IMG/VR virus record: IMGVR_UViG_3300045015_000053
Direction: 5' to 3' (one strand)
Source of the DNA: a virus
Lineage: Duplodnaviria > Caudoviricetes
Length of the DNA stretch: 64,000 bases
Shown here: in pieces, positions 17,994-27,614 of the stretch
Position numbering within the stretch: the stretch's first letter is position 1
How the letters are laid out: each line of letters opens with the position of its first letter
The notes under the pieces: model-generated
Seen by the model: only the letters and a program-made list of their open reading frames with translations
Databases searched by the model: none
Told to the model about the DNA's origin: nothing
Program-made: the position numbers and the translations under genes

Positions 17994-19129
17994 ACCGACT
18001 GGATCTCAAAGAGTACCTCGATTTGGCCTGCAAGCGTAACGGCCTCATCCGGCACTCCTACGAAGACAAGAACATCCCCAACGAGTTCGAGAACATTTGC
18101 GTCATGCCGTTCTTCGGCGACACGCGGCACACGTTCTTGGCTTCGAGTCTGTTGATGAGGCGATACCGAGAGGAGACAAAGGGGTCCAAATACTTTGTGC
18201 TGATCTCTTGGCCGGGCCATCAGAACTTGTTCTCGTGTGCCGACGAATTCTGGTCGCCAGATCCGAGTCTCGCCAAGAAGTTGTTGTCCGGTGTCAGTCG
18301 GTTTTCAAACAAGTCCGACGCCTATTCGTTGATGTTGACCGGCGTCCTCGAATCGTTCCGCGACGTGTCGAAGCCAGAGGTTTTCAACGAGTACCACTAC
18401 AACGGCATCCAACAGGCGTTCTGGGATCGTTACCGTCACGTCAAGGTTTGGTTGCCTCAGATCTCTTCGCACGCCGTTTTGAACAAGGAATTCAGTCGGG
18501 AGGTCGCTGCGGCTCCGGGGTACAAGGTGTTGCTGTTGCCGACGCTGTCTGTCGATTCGTGGAAGTTGGGGCGAGTCGTCCAGACGCCGGTCCACAGAGA
18601 CTTCTGGATCGCTCTGGTCAAACACTTGAAGCGTGAGGGTTTCGCGCCGGTCGTAGTCAGGAACTACAACACCTACGACATCAGCCAGGATACCGCCGCC
18701 GACGCGGTCCATTTGGCCGATCCCGATGTCAACAAGCTGACTGCGGCGATGAGGCTGTGCGGGTGCGTTCTCGACGTGTTCAACGGTGCGTCTAGGTACG
18801 CGATAGCGGCCCGGACGCCTTACCTGTGCTGTGACGAGCGGTCGCGGTATTTTGGGAGCCGGGACTACGAGGTAGACGACCTGTGCGGGTCTAAGGTGCC
18901 GCGAGAGTACGTCTATACTTTTTCTTCAATTTGTCAGATGCCGGCCCCCTATTGGGAACCCTCGCTATTTCGGCACGTTACAATGAAGCTGCAAGAGTTT
19001 CTGCCGGGCCTCGACCGTGATCGCTGGCCGCTGACGACAGAGACGAACCAGATTGTTCCTTACGACTCCGTGCGGAAGATCAAAAGGAAGAAACTGGGTA
19101 CAAAACTTCTCAAGATTATTAGGGACTGA
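17990..19129 (+). CDS. second GT9-like glycosyltransferase
   Basis: GTG with GGAGG RBS; RDFWIALVKHL..GFAPVVV...LTAAMRLCGCVLDVFNG.SRYAIAARTPY. Confidence 0.6.
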   Translation: MNRLDLKEYLDLACKRNGLIRHSYEDKNIPNEFENICVMPFFGDTRHTFLASSLLMRRYREETKGSKYFVLISWPGHQNLFSCADEFWSPDPSLAKKLLSGVSRFSNKSDAYSLMLTGVLESFRDVSKPEVFNEYHYNGIQQAFWDRYRHVKVWLPQISSHAVLNKEFSREVAAAPGYKVLLLPTLSVDSWKLGRVVQTPVHRDFWIALVKHLKREGFAPVVVRNYNTYDISQDTAADAVHLADPDVNKLTAAMRLCGCVLDVFNGASRYAIAARTPYLCCDERSRYFGSRDYEVDDLCGSKVPREYVYTFSSICQMPAPYWEPSLFRHVTMKLQEFLPGLDRDRWPLTTETNQIVPYDSVRKIKRKKLGTKLLKIIRD

Positions 19130-19138
19130 GGGCTTTAT

Positions 19139-19423
19139 ATGTCAGTCGCGAATGTTCGGGTGGTTGCGAGCAACACGTCGTACAACGCCACCCGCGATGA
19201 ACGTGATCGGAACTTCAAGCATTTGTTCAAGGCTTTCAAGAGGGCGGTCGGTGCGGCCGGCGTGTTGAAGGAGTACAAGCGTCACGAGAGCTACGAGAGT
19301 CCTGCCAGGAAGAAACGCAGGAAGAAGCGTGAGTCCATGATCAACGCCTTGCGAGCCAAAATGCGTGAAAGCTTCCCGTACAGCAACAAGGACAAACCCA
19401 ATAAAGAGAGGGAAGTTGAGTAA
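19139..19423 (+). CDS. rpsU: ribosomal protein bS21
   Basis: FKHLFKAFKRAVGAAGVLKEYKRHESYESPARKKRRK matches the bS21 FKR...AGVL.E....E.YEKP core. Confidence 0.85.
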   Translation: MSVANVRVVASNTSYNATRDERDRNFKHLFKAFKRAVGAAGVLKEYKRHESYESPARKKRRKKRESMINALRAKMRESFPYSNKDKPNKEREVE

Positions 19424-19718
19424 AGGCAAAAAGCAGGACATCGCCAGCTTCAGCATGCCGATGGCGATGCAGGAAAAGCTCAAGCGGGTCAAAGAGAAAA
19501 AGGGTATCAAGTCGGTCAGCAAGCTCGTGCGTGATCTTGTTGACCGATATGTCATCGAAGACGACGACGTGGTGCCTGTAGTTCTGAAAGTACCCGCCCA
19601 ACTCAAGGGCAACCCACAAGCACTCCGTCAATGGCTCGACAACCGCATTCCGAACGTCGTCGCGGCCCTCAGCCAGCCCGAAAAGGTGGAGAAGAGTGAA
19701 GAAAGCGATGAAGAATAA
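19416..19718 (+). CDS. ribbon-helix-helix (CopG-like) DNA-binding protein
   Basis: TTG start; SFSMPMAMQEKLKRVKEKKGIKSVSKLVRDLVDRY. Confidence 0.6.
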   Translation: MSKGKKQDIASFSMPMAMQEKLKRVKEKKGIKSVSKLVRDLVDRYVIEDDDVVPVVLKVPAQLKGNPQALRQWLDNRIPNVVAALSQPEKVEKSEESDEE

Positions 19719-20187
19719 GTCGCTCGTTGCGTATTCGGAGGTGCCGAGGAAGACCGAAGAGGTCAGCCGCGACGATCCGGCCGAAGTTTTCAAAAAGCTG
19801 AACTGTCTGCGGGTCATCTGCGCCCGCGAACGTGGGATCGGCCTCGCCGCCGTCCAAATCGGTATGACCGACCGGATGTTCGTAGTCCGCAACCCGGACG
19901 ACAGCTTCAGGTTCTTCATCAACACCAAGTATCTCCCGGTCGGCGAGCAAACTTTTACCAGTTGCGAGTCGTGCCTCTCCATCCCCGGTCGCATGTTTCT
20001 TGTTCCCCGAAAGAGCGAGATCCGGGTGGTCGGGACGGAAGTGTTTGTCGGATCTGAGGTTACGTTCAAGGATGTCGATTTTACCGAGTCGGACCCGCTT
20101 TACTCGGCGGTTTTCCAGCACGAGATCGACCACTGCGACGGGGTGATGATCAACGAGGTAGGTCAGGAAATTCGGGTTCGATGTTAA
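19708..20187 (+). CDS. def: peptide deformylase
   Basis: GIGLAAVQIG, CESCLSIPG, FQHEIDHCDG. Confidence 0.92.
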   Translation: MKNKSLVAYSEVPRKTEEVSRDDPAEVFKKLNCLRVICARERGIGLAAVQIGMTDRMFVVRNPDDSFRFFINTKYLPVGEQTFTSCESCLSIPGRMFLVPRKSEIRVVGTEVFVGSEVTFKDVDFTESDPLYSAVFQHEIDHCDGVMINEVGQEIRVRC

Positions 20188-20257
20188 AAGAACGGCTTTA
20201 CGACTTGGCCGGTTCTGCCTATACTGAAAGTCGTGCCAACGGATCATTGGAGATTCC

Positions 20258-20533
20258 ATGCTCAGTCGTAAGCACTTGAACGACGTGTGTCTTCTGTATT
20301 CTGGAGACTCACGTCGTTGCCGTTTTCTCACGCAAGACGATTCCGACCCCTCGAAGTGGCACTGTTTGAAGCTTACCTCGCGCCGTCAGGACATAGACGT
20401 TGAAGTGGCCGATTTCATCAAAGACTGTCGGCGGAAGGGTCAAGACCCTGCGAAATCTGGGATGCCGCTCGGTGACAACTGCGGCGGCTACCCTGTATTG
20501 AAGAACATCAATCAGGGCTATGATTGCCCATAG
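20258..20533 (+). CDS. Cys-containing hypothetical protein
   Basis: GGAG RBS. Confidence 0.6.
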   Translation: MLSRKHLNDVCLLYSGDSRRCRFLTQDDSDPSKWHCLKLTSRRQDIDVEVADFIKDCRRKGQDPAKSGMPLGDNCGGYPVLKNINQGYDCP

Positions 20534-20557
20534 GTGAAAAAACCGCAAACCATGATC

Positions 20558-20563
20558 TATATA
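20558..20563 (+). promoter_or_regulatory. putative late promoter TATATA, 5 nt before ATG 20569
   Basis: cTATATAcgatcATG. Confidence 0.6.
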
Positions 20564-20568
20564 CGATC

Positions 20569-21099
20569 ATGGAAGACATGACAGGAAAGGTTCTCAACCG
20601 CCAGAAGGTCATCGAGATCGTAGAGGGGACAAAAAGACCTATCCTCTGGAACGTAAGATGTCTAAACTGCGGTGCCGAGAGAACTAACAATCGCGCCAAC
20701 TTCTTAAAGGGGTACGGTTGTAAAACGTGTAGTATGCTCGCAAAGGGCCAAGCTGGTCTGAACAGGTTGTTTAGACAGTACAAGCGACAAGCGAAGAATC
20801 GTGGATTCCAACTTACGCTTGAAGACTTGAAGTTTTTGAGTGGTTCCAATTGTCACTATTGCGGTGTGGTTCCTCAATCCGTGATATACGGCAACTCTCC
20901 AGGGACTTGGAGTGAGTATATGTACAATGGAATCGACCGCAAAGATAACACCCAGGACTACGTTCTGACAAACTGCGTCTCCTGTTGTTGGCGTTGCAAT
21001 AGAACATTTGGTCCTTTGTTTGATTACGAAGAAAAACTGATACTCGCCGAGGCGTTGCGAAAAATCGACCGGCGGCGACAAAGTCAAGACTGTCCCTAA
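20569..21099 (+). mobile_element. free-standing HNH/His-Me finger homing-type endonuclease
   Basis: CHYCG...NGIDRKDN..DY...NCVSCCWRCN; visibly more AT-rich than its flanks. Confidence 0.75.
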
Positions 21100-21137
21100 T
21101 CCGGCCGTTTTCATCAGTCACCCGTGGAGACTCGCGT

Positions 21138-21545
21138 ATGAGCGATCAAGTCTTGGACGACGATTTGGATGAGGACAAGAAAGACCAGCCCACAGTCAAG
21201 GACGTGGTCGCGGACGCGAAGTTGTGGATGGGCAGTTACTTCTCGGACAAGCCCTACTACTGCGGCGGTTCGATACCCCATCACATCCTCTACAACCAGA
21301 AGCGGATCAACCTCGTCCTCGACTGCACGTTCGATCACGCGATGGACATCGCCCACGAAGCGTTGGAGAAGAACTTGACCGACGAGGACTGGGAATACAT
21401 CGATGCCGGCGGGGTCGGCCCTGACATCAAAAGCCTGATTTCCGTGCTACATAGCATGTCGGACGAGAAGGTGCCGCAGGAGTACAGTCCGGGCATGCTG
21501 GTCGTCTACCTCGAACTCTGCATGGGTCTTGATGTCGCGTATTGA
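21138..21545 (+). CDS. acidic hypothetical protein
   Basis: GGAG RBS. Confidence 0.65.
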   Translation: MSDQVLDDDLDEDKKDQPTVKDVVADAKLWMGSYFSDKPYYCGGSIPHHILYNQKRINLVLDCTFDHAMDIAHEALEKNLTDEDWEYIDAGGVGPDIKSLISVLHSMSDEKVPQEYSPGMLVVYLELCMGLDVAY

Positions 21546-21918
21546 ATTCGTCTGGACGCCTGAGATGGACCTGTGGTTCATCTCAGGCGATTTCTTTGAG
21601 CAGCCCATCCCCCGCGAAAAAGAGTACCTGCTCAAGTATTTCGAGTCGCGGCTCCAGCGGCAGTTCGTGAGATACTTTTTGTTGTTTCGGTCGCCGCGAA
21701 ACTTCACCGATCACACCGGCCTTCGGGTTCTCCCGCTCTGGCTTCGCAAGCTCCGCAAGAAGATGAACATTCTCGAAACCGCCCACGCGAAGGCGAAGGC
21801 GGATTTTGATTTGGAGCTTGTAGCAAAGATCGAAACCGGCGTATATAAGGTATGTCACTCCTCACGTTCAAAGACTGGCGCAAAAAGCAAAACGAGTCCA
21901 GTCCACAAACCCGTTTGA
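21529..21918 (+). CDS. hypothetical protein
   Basis: ORF overlapping the previous stop. Confidence 0.55.
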   Translation: MMSRIEFVWTPEMDLWFISGDFFEQPIPREKEYLLKYFESRLQRQFVRYFLLFRSPRNFTDHTGLRVLPLWLRKLRKKMNILETAHAKAKADFDLELVAKIETGVYKVCHSSRSKTGAKSKTSPVHKPV

Positions 21919-22076
21919 TGCAAGGTATCGCGCGAGGCAACTACCCGCCGACCGCGTCCCCGTTCACCCACTCCACGCCGGCTCCGTGGCAGTTGGACGC
22001 CAACGAAAAGGCGCTGAAGAAGGGCAAAAAGCGTAAGCATCGGAAGAAAAAGGGCGGTGCGAAAAAAAAAGACTGA
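21852..22076 (+). CDS. basic protein with CTS-like N-terminus; possible -1 frameshift extension to 22252
   Basis: TATATA 21842-21847 plus 4 nt; MSLLTFKDWRKKQNES; A9 run at 22062-22070. Confidence 0.65.
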   Translation: MSLLTFKDWRKKQNESSPQTRLMQGIARGNYPPTASPFTHSTPAPWQLDANEKALKKGKKRKHRKKKGGAKKKD

Positions 22077-22217
22077 AGAGGCCGAAGAAGATCGACCGGC
22101 CTCGTCCGTTCAACGGCAGTCTTGACCAGTGGGTTGCGGCGGCGGATAATCTTGAGAAGGCTCTTTTGAAACTCAAAGACGCCCGATCCAAAGCCAAGTT
22201 GAAGAAACCCAAAGCCA

Positions 22218-22655
22218 ATGAACGAGATAACCCTCAATCAAAAACAACATGACGACATGGAGGTCGTTGTCGATCAGAGCGGCAGCACGTTTCTCATCGT
22301 CGCCGTTCAACACAAGGATTCGTCTCGGAACACACTGAACCGGATCACCTGCAAACGTGGCGTGCCGATGGCCGGACACGTTTACGACTCCAAACAAGAC
22401 TGCTACTTCTTCCCTTGCGTTGATTACTTGCTGATCGGCACCATCAATGCCGCCGCCCACGTCATCTCCAAGAGCAACGGCTGGTCGCTCCGCGTTCCCA
22501 TCGCCCTGTCGATCATTCCCGGCCTGCTCGAAGACGTTCAGAAGTCCGACCTCAAGCATTTTGTGGAGTCGTATGACCCAGAACAACACACTTTCAAGTA
22601 CCTCCAACTCATCGACGCCAACGAGTCGTACCCTCCCGTCAAACAATCGGTATGA
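22218..22655 (+). CDS. hypothetical protein
   Basis: ORF; start may be 22257. Confidence 0.6.
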   Translation: MNEITLNQKQHDDMEVVVDQSGSTFLIVAVQHKDSSRNTLNRITCKRGVPMAGHVYDSKQDCYFFPCVDYLLIGTINAAAHVISKSNGWSLRVPIALSIIPGLLEDVQKSDLKHFVESYDPEQHTFKYLQLIDANESYPPVKQSV

Positions 22656-22677
22656 CGATCTGCCGCTGGCCGTCACA

Positions 22678-23001
22678 ATGGTCGCGAAGTCCCTGACACG
22701 CTACGGCGTGGCGGCGGTCATTTGCGACCGCCAGCTTTTCGCCATCGGACAGGGCGACACGGCCGAACTCGACGCGGTCGCGGCGTTCGGAACTGACCTC
22801 AACTCGGCCACGATGTACACGACCCGTAAACCCGACCAAGCGGTCATTACGCTTCTGGAAAAGTGCGGGCTGCGGCGGATCGCGGTTTTGCAGACGGCAC
22901 CGGACGGACACGATTCGTCGCGCGGGATCGTGGACTACTTGGGCGGGTGCGTTTTCCGCATGAGGGACATGATGAAGTCTTTGCCGGGGATGGATAGATA
23001 A
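22678..23001 (+). CDS. cytidine-deaminase-fold protein lacking Zn ligands
   Basis: TAELDAV...ATMYTTRKPDQAVITLLEKCGLRRI vs HAExxA...ATLYVTxEPCxxC...GIxRV. Confidence 0.5.
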   Translation: MVAKSLTRYGVAAVICDRQLFAIGQGDTAELDAVAAFGTDLNSATMYTTRKPDQAVITLLEKCGLRRIAVLQTAPDGHDSSRGIVDYLGGCVFRMRDMMKSLPGMDR

Positions 23002-23006
23002 GCTTC

Positions 23007-23801
23007 ATGGGATGCTCGAACTCTAATATGTCGGTCAACGCCACGTTTCCGACCGTCGATACAAACACCTGCCCCGACCGTCTCGGATGTCCTCCGGGCG
23101 TTTGCCCCGATTTCACAATCCGCCGTCACGACACCAAGCCGCCCTTCAAGGTACATGTCGAAGACTGCGACGGCGCTTTGGATCTGCAAGACAAGGTCGT
23201 TGAGTTCAGCATGTGGGCGAAGGCCAAGCTGAAGACCGACATCACCACTTCCGACTTCACCCTCTCTTTTGCCGACCGCATCGGATTCGATCAGGTACTC
23301 GAAGGCGACATCTTGATCTTCGACCGCGCTCGCGGCCCGGAACACATGAAGGTGATCGGGTTCGATGAGGACAACTACATCGTCATCGTCCAGCGGGCCG
23401 TTAACGGCTCGTCACCCTCGAATTGGAAGAAGGGGACCGTCATCAGGATCATGAAGGAGATGAGTGCGCCCGCCTCGTCCGAACTGATCCTCCAAGACAT
23501 CGTCAACAAGGACGGTACGACGGACAAAGACCAGTTGACCGACAGTTTCCTCGTCTACGAGTGGCAGCCGAGGGACACCTGCCTGCCGGGGTGCTACTGG
23601 GCCGAGTTCAAACTACTTTCTTTGAAGTTGATGGAAACAGACCCAGGTGGGGACGAAGACGACACTACTATAACGATGACGATTTCTCCTTCCGACGCCG
23701 GATGCAAATTGGGCGAGGGGGTAGAATGGGTTAGACGTTTCCCGGTCAGCGGTGAAGGTTATCTGATTAAGGTGTTCGATAGTCCCACCGCAGAACTATA
23801 A
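23007..23801 (+). CDS. virion protein with BppU N-terminal-like domain
   Basis: FTIRRHDTKPPF..HVED..GALDL....VEFSM and GCYWAEFKL; TAGATA 22995-23000 upstream. Confidence 0.55.
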   Translation: MGCSNSNMSVNATFPTVDTNTCPDRLGCPPGVCPDFTIRRHDTKPPFKVHVEDCDGALDLQDKVVEFSMWAKAKLKTDITTSDFTLSFADRIGFDQVLEGDILIFDRARGPEHMKVIGFDEDNYIVIVQRAVNGSSPSNWKKGTVIRIMKEMSAPASSELILQDIVNKDGTTDKDQLTDSFLVYEWQPRDTCLPGCYWAEFKLLSLKLMETDPGGDEDDTTITMTISPSDAGCKLGEGVEWVRRFPVSGEGYLIKVFDSPTAEL

Positions 23802-23813
23802 CGGAGAGGGAAC

Positions 23814-25469
23814 ATGCCGACGACAGCGGAGTTTCAGGTCGAGCGTCTCGAAAACGCCGGCATCAAACACGTTTTCACAGTGCCGGGCGATTTCTGCTTG
23901 GGCTTGTGCGATGCGATCTCCAAGAGCAAGATCAAGCTCGTCAACTGTGCCGATGAAGCGTCGGCCGGTTTCGCCGCAGACGCCTACGCACGGGTTCACG
24001 GCATCGGGTGTGTGCTTACGACCTACAACGTCGGCACCCTGAAGTTGTGCAACGCCATCGCCGGGGCATACGCCGAGCGGTCGCCGGTCATCGTGTTGGC
24101 GGGTGCGCCGGGCATGAACGAGCGGCACGAGGACTTCAAGCTGCACCACATGGTTCGCGGCTTCAACATGCAACAGAAGATCTTCAAGGAACTGACGTGT
24201 GCGTCCGTCGTACTTGACGACCCCGTCAGAGCCGCCTTCAAGGTCGATGAAGCGATGGAAGAGATGTACTGGCACCGCCAGCCCATCTACATCGAGATCC
24301 CCCGCGACGTGGCGAACATGCGGGTGAAGTACGACGTGTACCAGCAGGGTACGCCGAAGTCCCAGACGAACAACCAGCCCGCGATGAAAGAGGCGATGTC
24401 CGAAGCCGTCTCGATGCTGCGGGACGCCAAGCGGCCGGTCATCTTTGCCGGCGTGCAGCTACAGCGGTTCGGACTCGGCAAACAGATGCTGCGGTTCGCG
24501 GAAAAGAACAACCTGCCGTTCGTTACGACACCCCTCAGCAAATCGCTGGTGGACGAGCGACACGACCTGTTCCTCGGCGTTTACGCCGGGATGAGTACCG
24601 AGTCGCGGGTGAAGCAGTACGTCGATCAGAGCGATTGCGTGTTGATCTTGGGGGAGATGTTGACCGACATCACTCTGGGGTTCCAGAAGGCACAGTTCAA
24701 GACGGAGAACAGCATCTTCGTGACGGCGGAAGGGTTGGCGATCTGCAACCACAACTATCGCGGAGTTCGGTTCACCGACTTCTGTGCGGAACTGTTCAAG
24801 GTGACATCCGTGAATCACGACCACCCGGTCATTGAGGTGCCGGGCAAGCCGGCTTACAAGCCCGAACCGGAAAAGAAACTGACGGTGCAGCGGTTTTTCG
24901 ACAAGGTCGAGTCGGTTTTGAACGAAGAGACGGTGGTGTGCGCCGACATCGGGGAGAGCCTGTTCGGTTCGATGCACATGAACATGAACGGCGGGGAGTT
25001 CATCTGCCAAGCGTTCTACACCAGCATGGGCTTCGCGATCCCCGCCGCCTTGAGCGTCGGGTTGTCGAAGCCGGCAATGCGTCCGCTGGTTCTGGTCGGC
25101 GACGGTGCGTTCCAGATGTCCGTGGCCGAATTGGGGACCATCGTCAAACAAGGTTTGAATCCCATCGTGTTCGTGCTGAACAACAGCGGGTACGGAACCG
25201 AGCGTCTGCTTTTGGACGGCCCCTTCAACGACATTCCGGCGTGGGAATACCACAAAGTAGTTGAAGTGTTCGGCGGCGTCGGGTATAAAGTGCAGACCGA
25301 AGGCGAGTTGGAAGAGGCCGTCAAAGCCGCTCTCCAAAACAAGAAATTGACTGTGATCAACGTTGTAGTTGATCCCAAAGACACGTCTTGGTCCCTCAAA
25401 CGTGCAACCGAGGGCTTCAAGGCAAACCGCTTCCTAGAAGAAGCGAACAACACGAACGGAAGGAAATAA
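23814..25469 (+). CDS. ThDP-dependent 2-oxoacid decarboxylase (pyruvate/indolepyruvate decarboxylase family)
   Basis: VPGDF, ADEASAGFAADAYAR, LHH, GDGAFQMS...NN.GYGTE. Confidence 0.92.
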   Translation: MPTTAEFQVERLENAGIKHVFTVPGDFCLGLCDAISKSKIKLVNCADEASAGFAADAYARVHGIGCVLTTYNVGTLKLCNAIAGAYAERSPVIVLAGAPGMNERHEDFKLHHMVRGFNMQQKIFKELTCASVVLDDPVRAAFKVDEAMEEMYWHRQPIYIEIPRDVANMRVKYDVYQQGTPKSQTNNQPAMKEAMSEAVSMLRDAKRPVIFAGVQLQRFGLGKQMLRFAEKNNLPFVTTPLSKSLVDERHDLFLGVYAGMSTESRVKQYVDQSDCVLILGEMLTDITLGFQKAQFKTENSIFVTAEGLAICNHNYRGVRFTDFCAELFKVTSVNHDHPVIEVPGKPAYKPEPEKKLTVQRFFDKVESVLNEETVVCADIGESLFGSMHMNMNGGEFICQAFYTSMGFAIPAALSVGLSKPAMRPLVLVGDGAFQMSVAELGTIVKQGLNPIVFVLNNSGYGTERLLLDGPFNDIPAWEYHKVVEVFGGVGYKVQTEGELEEAVKAALQNKKLTVINVVVDPKDTSWSLKRATEGFKANRFLEEANNTNGRK

Positions 25470-26083
25470 TGCACAACAACTCGAACCCTGCTCAGGGCAA
25501 CCAGCAACAACCGTACCGGCCGCAGCCACAGGGCAACCGCCCGTGGCAGAAACGCGACGACCGGCCACCTGAGAAGGGCAGGCACCGCATCAACCTGAAC
25601 ATTCGTGTTCCAGAGGTGCGGGTTGTGCAGGACGGCAAGCAACTCGGCGTCATGCGGACGAGCGAAGCGATGGCCCTCGCGACGGAAGCGGGGCTGGATC
25701 TGGTCGAGATCGCGCCGCAGGGTCGTCCACCCGTCTGTTCGATCATGGACTACGGACAGTTCAAGTACCAAGAGAAGATCAAACAAAAAGAAAACGACAA
25801 GAAGCAGCGGGAAGCTTCGCACCAACTCAAGGAAATTCGTCTATCCCCGACCATCGGCGATAACGACATCGCCGTCAAGGTCAAGCAGGCGAAGGGCTTC
25901 TTGGCCGAGGGCAAGAAGGTTCAGGTGGTGGTCGTTTTCCAGCGGCGTCAACTCAGTCACAAGGACATGGGGTTCGAGGTCGCGAAGAAGTTCATCGACG
26001 CCCTCGGCGAAGAGGTGACTGTCGAGGCGCAACCGAAACTCGAAGGCAACAAGCTCACCTGCCGAGTTGCCGCGAAGCCGTAA
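25469..26083 (+). CDS. infC: translation initiation factor IF3
   Basis: RINLNIRVPEVRVV, GLDLVEIAP...PPVCSIMDYGQFKY, LKEIRLSPTIGDND...K.KQA..FL..G.KV. Confidence 0.95.
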   Translation: MHNNSNPAQGNQQQPYRPQPQGNRPWQKRDDRPPEKGRHRINLNIRVPEVRVVQDGKQLGVMRTSEAMALATEAGLDLVEIAPQGRPPVCSIMDYGQFKYQEKIKQKENDKKQREASHQLKEIRLSPTIGDNDIAVKVKQAKGFLAEGKKVQVVVVFQRRQLSHKDMGFEVAKKFIDALGEEVTVEAQPKLEGNKLTCRVAAKP

Positions 26084-26086
26084 AAC

Positions 26087-27256
26087 ATGGTTCCAGACGC
26101 CAAAGAGTTCAACCGGGCGGTCATCGACCGCCTGAAGGGTTCCGGCCCGCCCGTCACCTCGTGTGGCGAGTGGTACGCCGACTTCGTAGCACTGCCGGAA
26201 GACGTGGTCGAAACGGTCTTCGGCACCGCCGGGGTCAACCTGCAATACTTCCTCGGCCAGATGGACCTGAAACACCCCGATCTGCGGGACAACGTCGAAG
26301 AACGGATCTTCAACTCTCATTCGTCTACAACATTCGGCTCAATGGTCGGGCTGGTCAAACTAGCCATCGATTCCAACAAAAAAGAACTGCTGCCGGCCCT
26401 CTCGCAAGTCGATTTCATCCCCCGCGATTTGTACGAACAGGCCGACACCGAAAGACACATCAGGTGCCTGAAGGATGCAGTCACCCGCCAAGAGTATCGC
26501 AAAAACAAGAAATCTCAGGCCGTTGACACCGCGACGTTCTCGCGGCGCGGCGAAGAGATCTGGAACATGCAGCCCGCGTCGTTCGTTTCTCTGATGCGGT
26601 ACGAGAAGGCTTACGACGAAGAGGTCAAGGCGGCGAAGCACCGTGCGAAGAGGTTCCGCGACCTCGGCTGTGTCGCGATGGCCGGCGAGGTCATGAAGTC
26701 GGTCGAATTGTTCGAGTCGCAACTTTCCGACTCGTATCTCGGCTTCAACCGGCTTACCTTCAACTCCGCGTTGGTGATCCTCGCCAAGTGGCACAAGTAC
26801 GACTTCACCGCGCCGTACATTCTGTCGGCTTGGCCCACCGAGCGGAACTACAGGATCTTGGTTCCCGCCCGTTACTTCGCCGACTACGATTTCTTCGAGA
26901 AGTCCGAAGAACAGGCGATGTGCTGGAACTACAGCCCACGGATCTACCCGCTCGCGGATCTGGAACCGTTGACGCCCGACATGAAAGAAATCATCGGGCT
27001 GTGCGAGGAACACCCGCAGTACGGCAACCGGCCGCTGTTCGATCACTATGTCGTGATGTTGCCGGGCGTAGATTATCCGTCGTTTCGCGAGAAGTCATAC
27101 ACGTTCCGAAGCGACACCGGCTCTTTGACGAGCTTCGATGACTACAACAAAGCTCGGCACTCTCTCGACCGCACGCTCTTGCACGCCGGCGCGTTCAGCG
27201 GGGTCGTGATGGGCGAACGCGACGGCAAATGCTACTTCATCTCAGTTTGGAGTTAG
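26087..27256 (+). CDS. hypothetical protein
   Basis: 389-aa ORF in operon. Confidence 0.7.
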   Translation: MVPDAKEFNRAVIDRLKGSGPPVTSCGEWYADFVALPEDVVETVFGTAGVNLQYFLGQMDLKHPDLRDNVEERIFNSHSSTTFGSMVGLVKLAIDSNKKELLPALSQVDFIPRDLYEQADTERHIRCLKDAVTRQEYRKNKKSQAVDTATFSRRGEEIWNMQPASFVSLMRYEKAYDEEVKAAKHRAKRFRDLGCVAMAGEVMKSVELFESQLSDSYLGFNRLTFNSALVILAKWHKYDFTAPYILSAWPTERNYRILVPARYFADYDFFEKSEEQAMCWNYSPRIYPLADLEPLTPDMKEIIGLCEEHPQYGNRPLFDHYVVMLPGVDYPSFREKSYTFRSDTGSLTSFDDYNKARHSLDRTLLHAGAFSGVVMGERDGKCYFISVWS

Positions 27257-27259
27257 ATC

Positions 27260-27595
27260 ATGAATCTCATCGTTACCGAAAAGGCGTTGAAGGAACTGCG
27301 GCACATCATGGCCGATCAAAACTTCGACGCCAACGTCACCTACGCCCGCCTCACCATCCTCGGCGGCGGATGTTCCGGGTTCCAGCACAAGTTCCACCTT
27401 GATGAGAACTTCAATGAGAAGACCGACATCCTTGTGGAGATCGATGGGCTGAAGTTCGTGACGGACAAGAGGTCGGCTCTGTACCTCGACGGCACCACGG
27501 TCGATTTCCTCGAAGATTTGAACAAGAGGGGTTTCAAAATGAGCAATCCCTCGATAAAGTCAACCTGTGGATGCGGTTCGAGTTTTTCAATGTGA
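27260..27595 (+). CDS. HesB/IscA A-type Fe-S carrier
   Basis: GGGCSGF, YLDGTTVDF, NPSIKSTCGCGSSF. Confidence 0.92.
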   Translation: MNLIVTEKALKELRHIMADQNFDANVTYARLTILGGGCSGFQHKFHLDENFNEKTDILVEIDGLKFVTDKRSALYLDGTTVDFLEDLNKRGFKMSNPSIKSTCGCGSSFSM

Positions 27596-27614
27596 ATCAT
27601 TTCTGGAGATCCAG

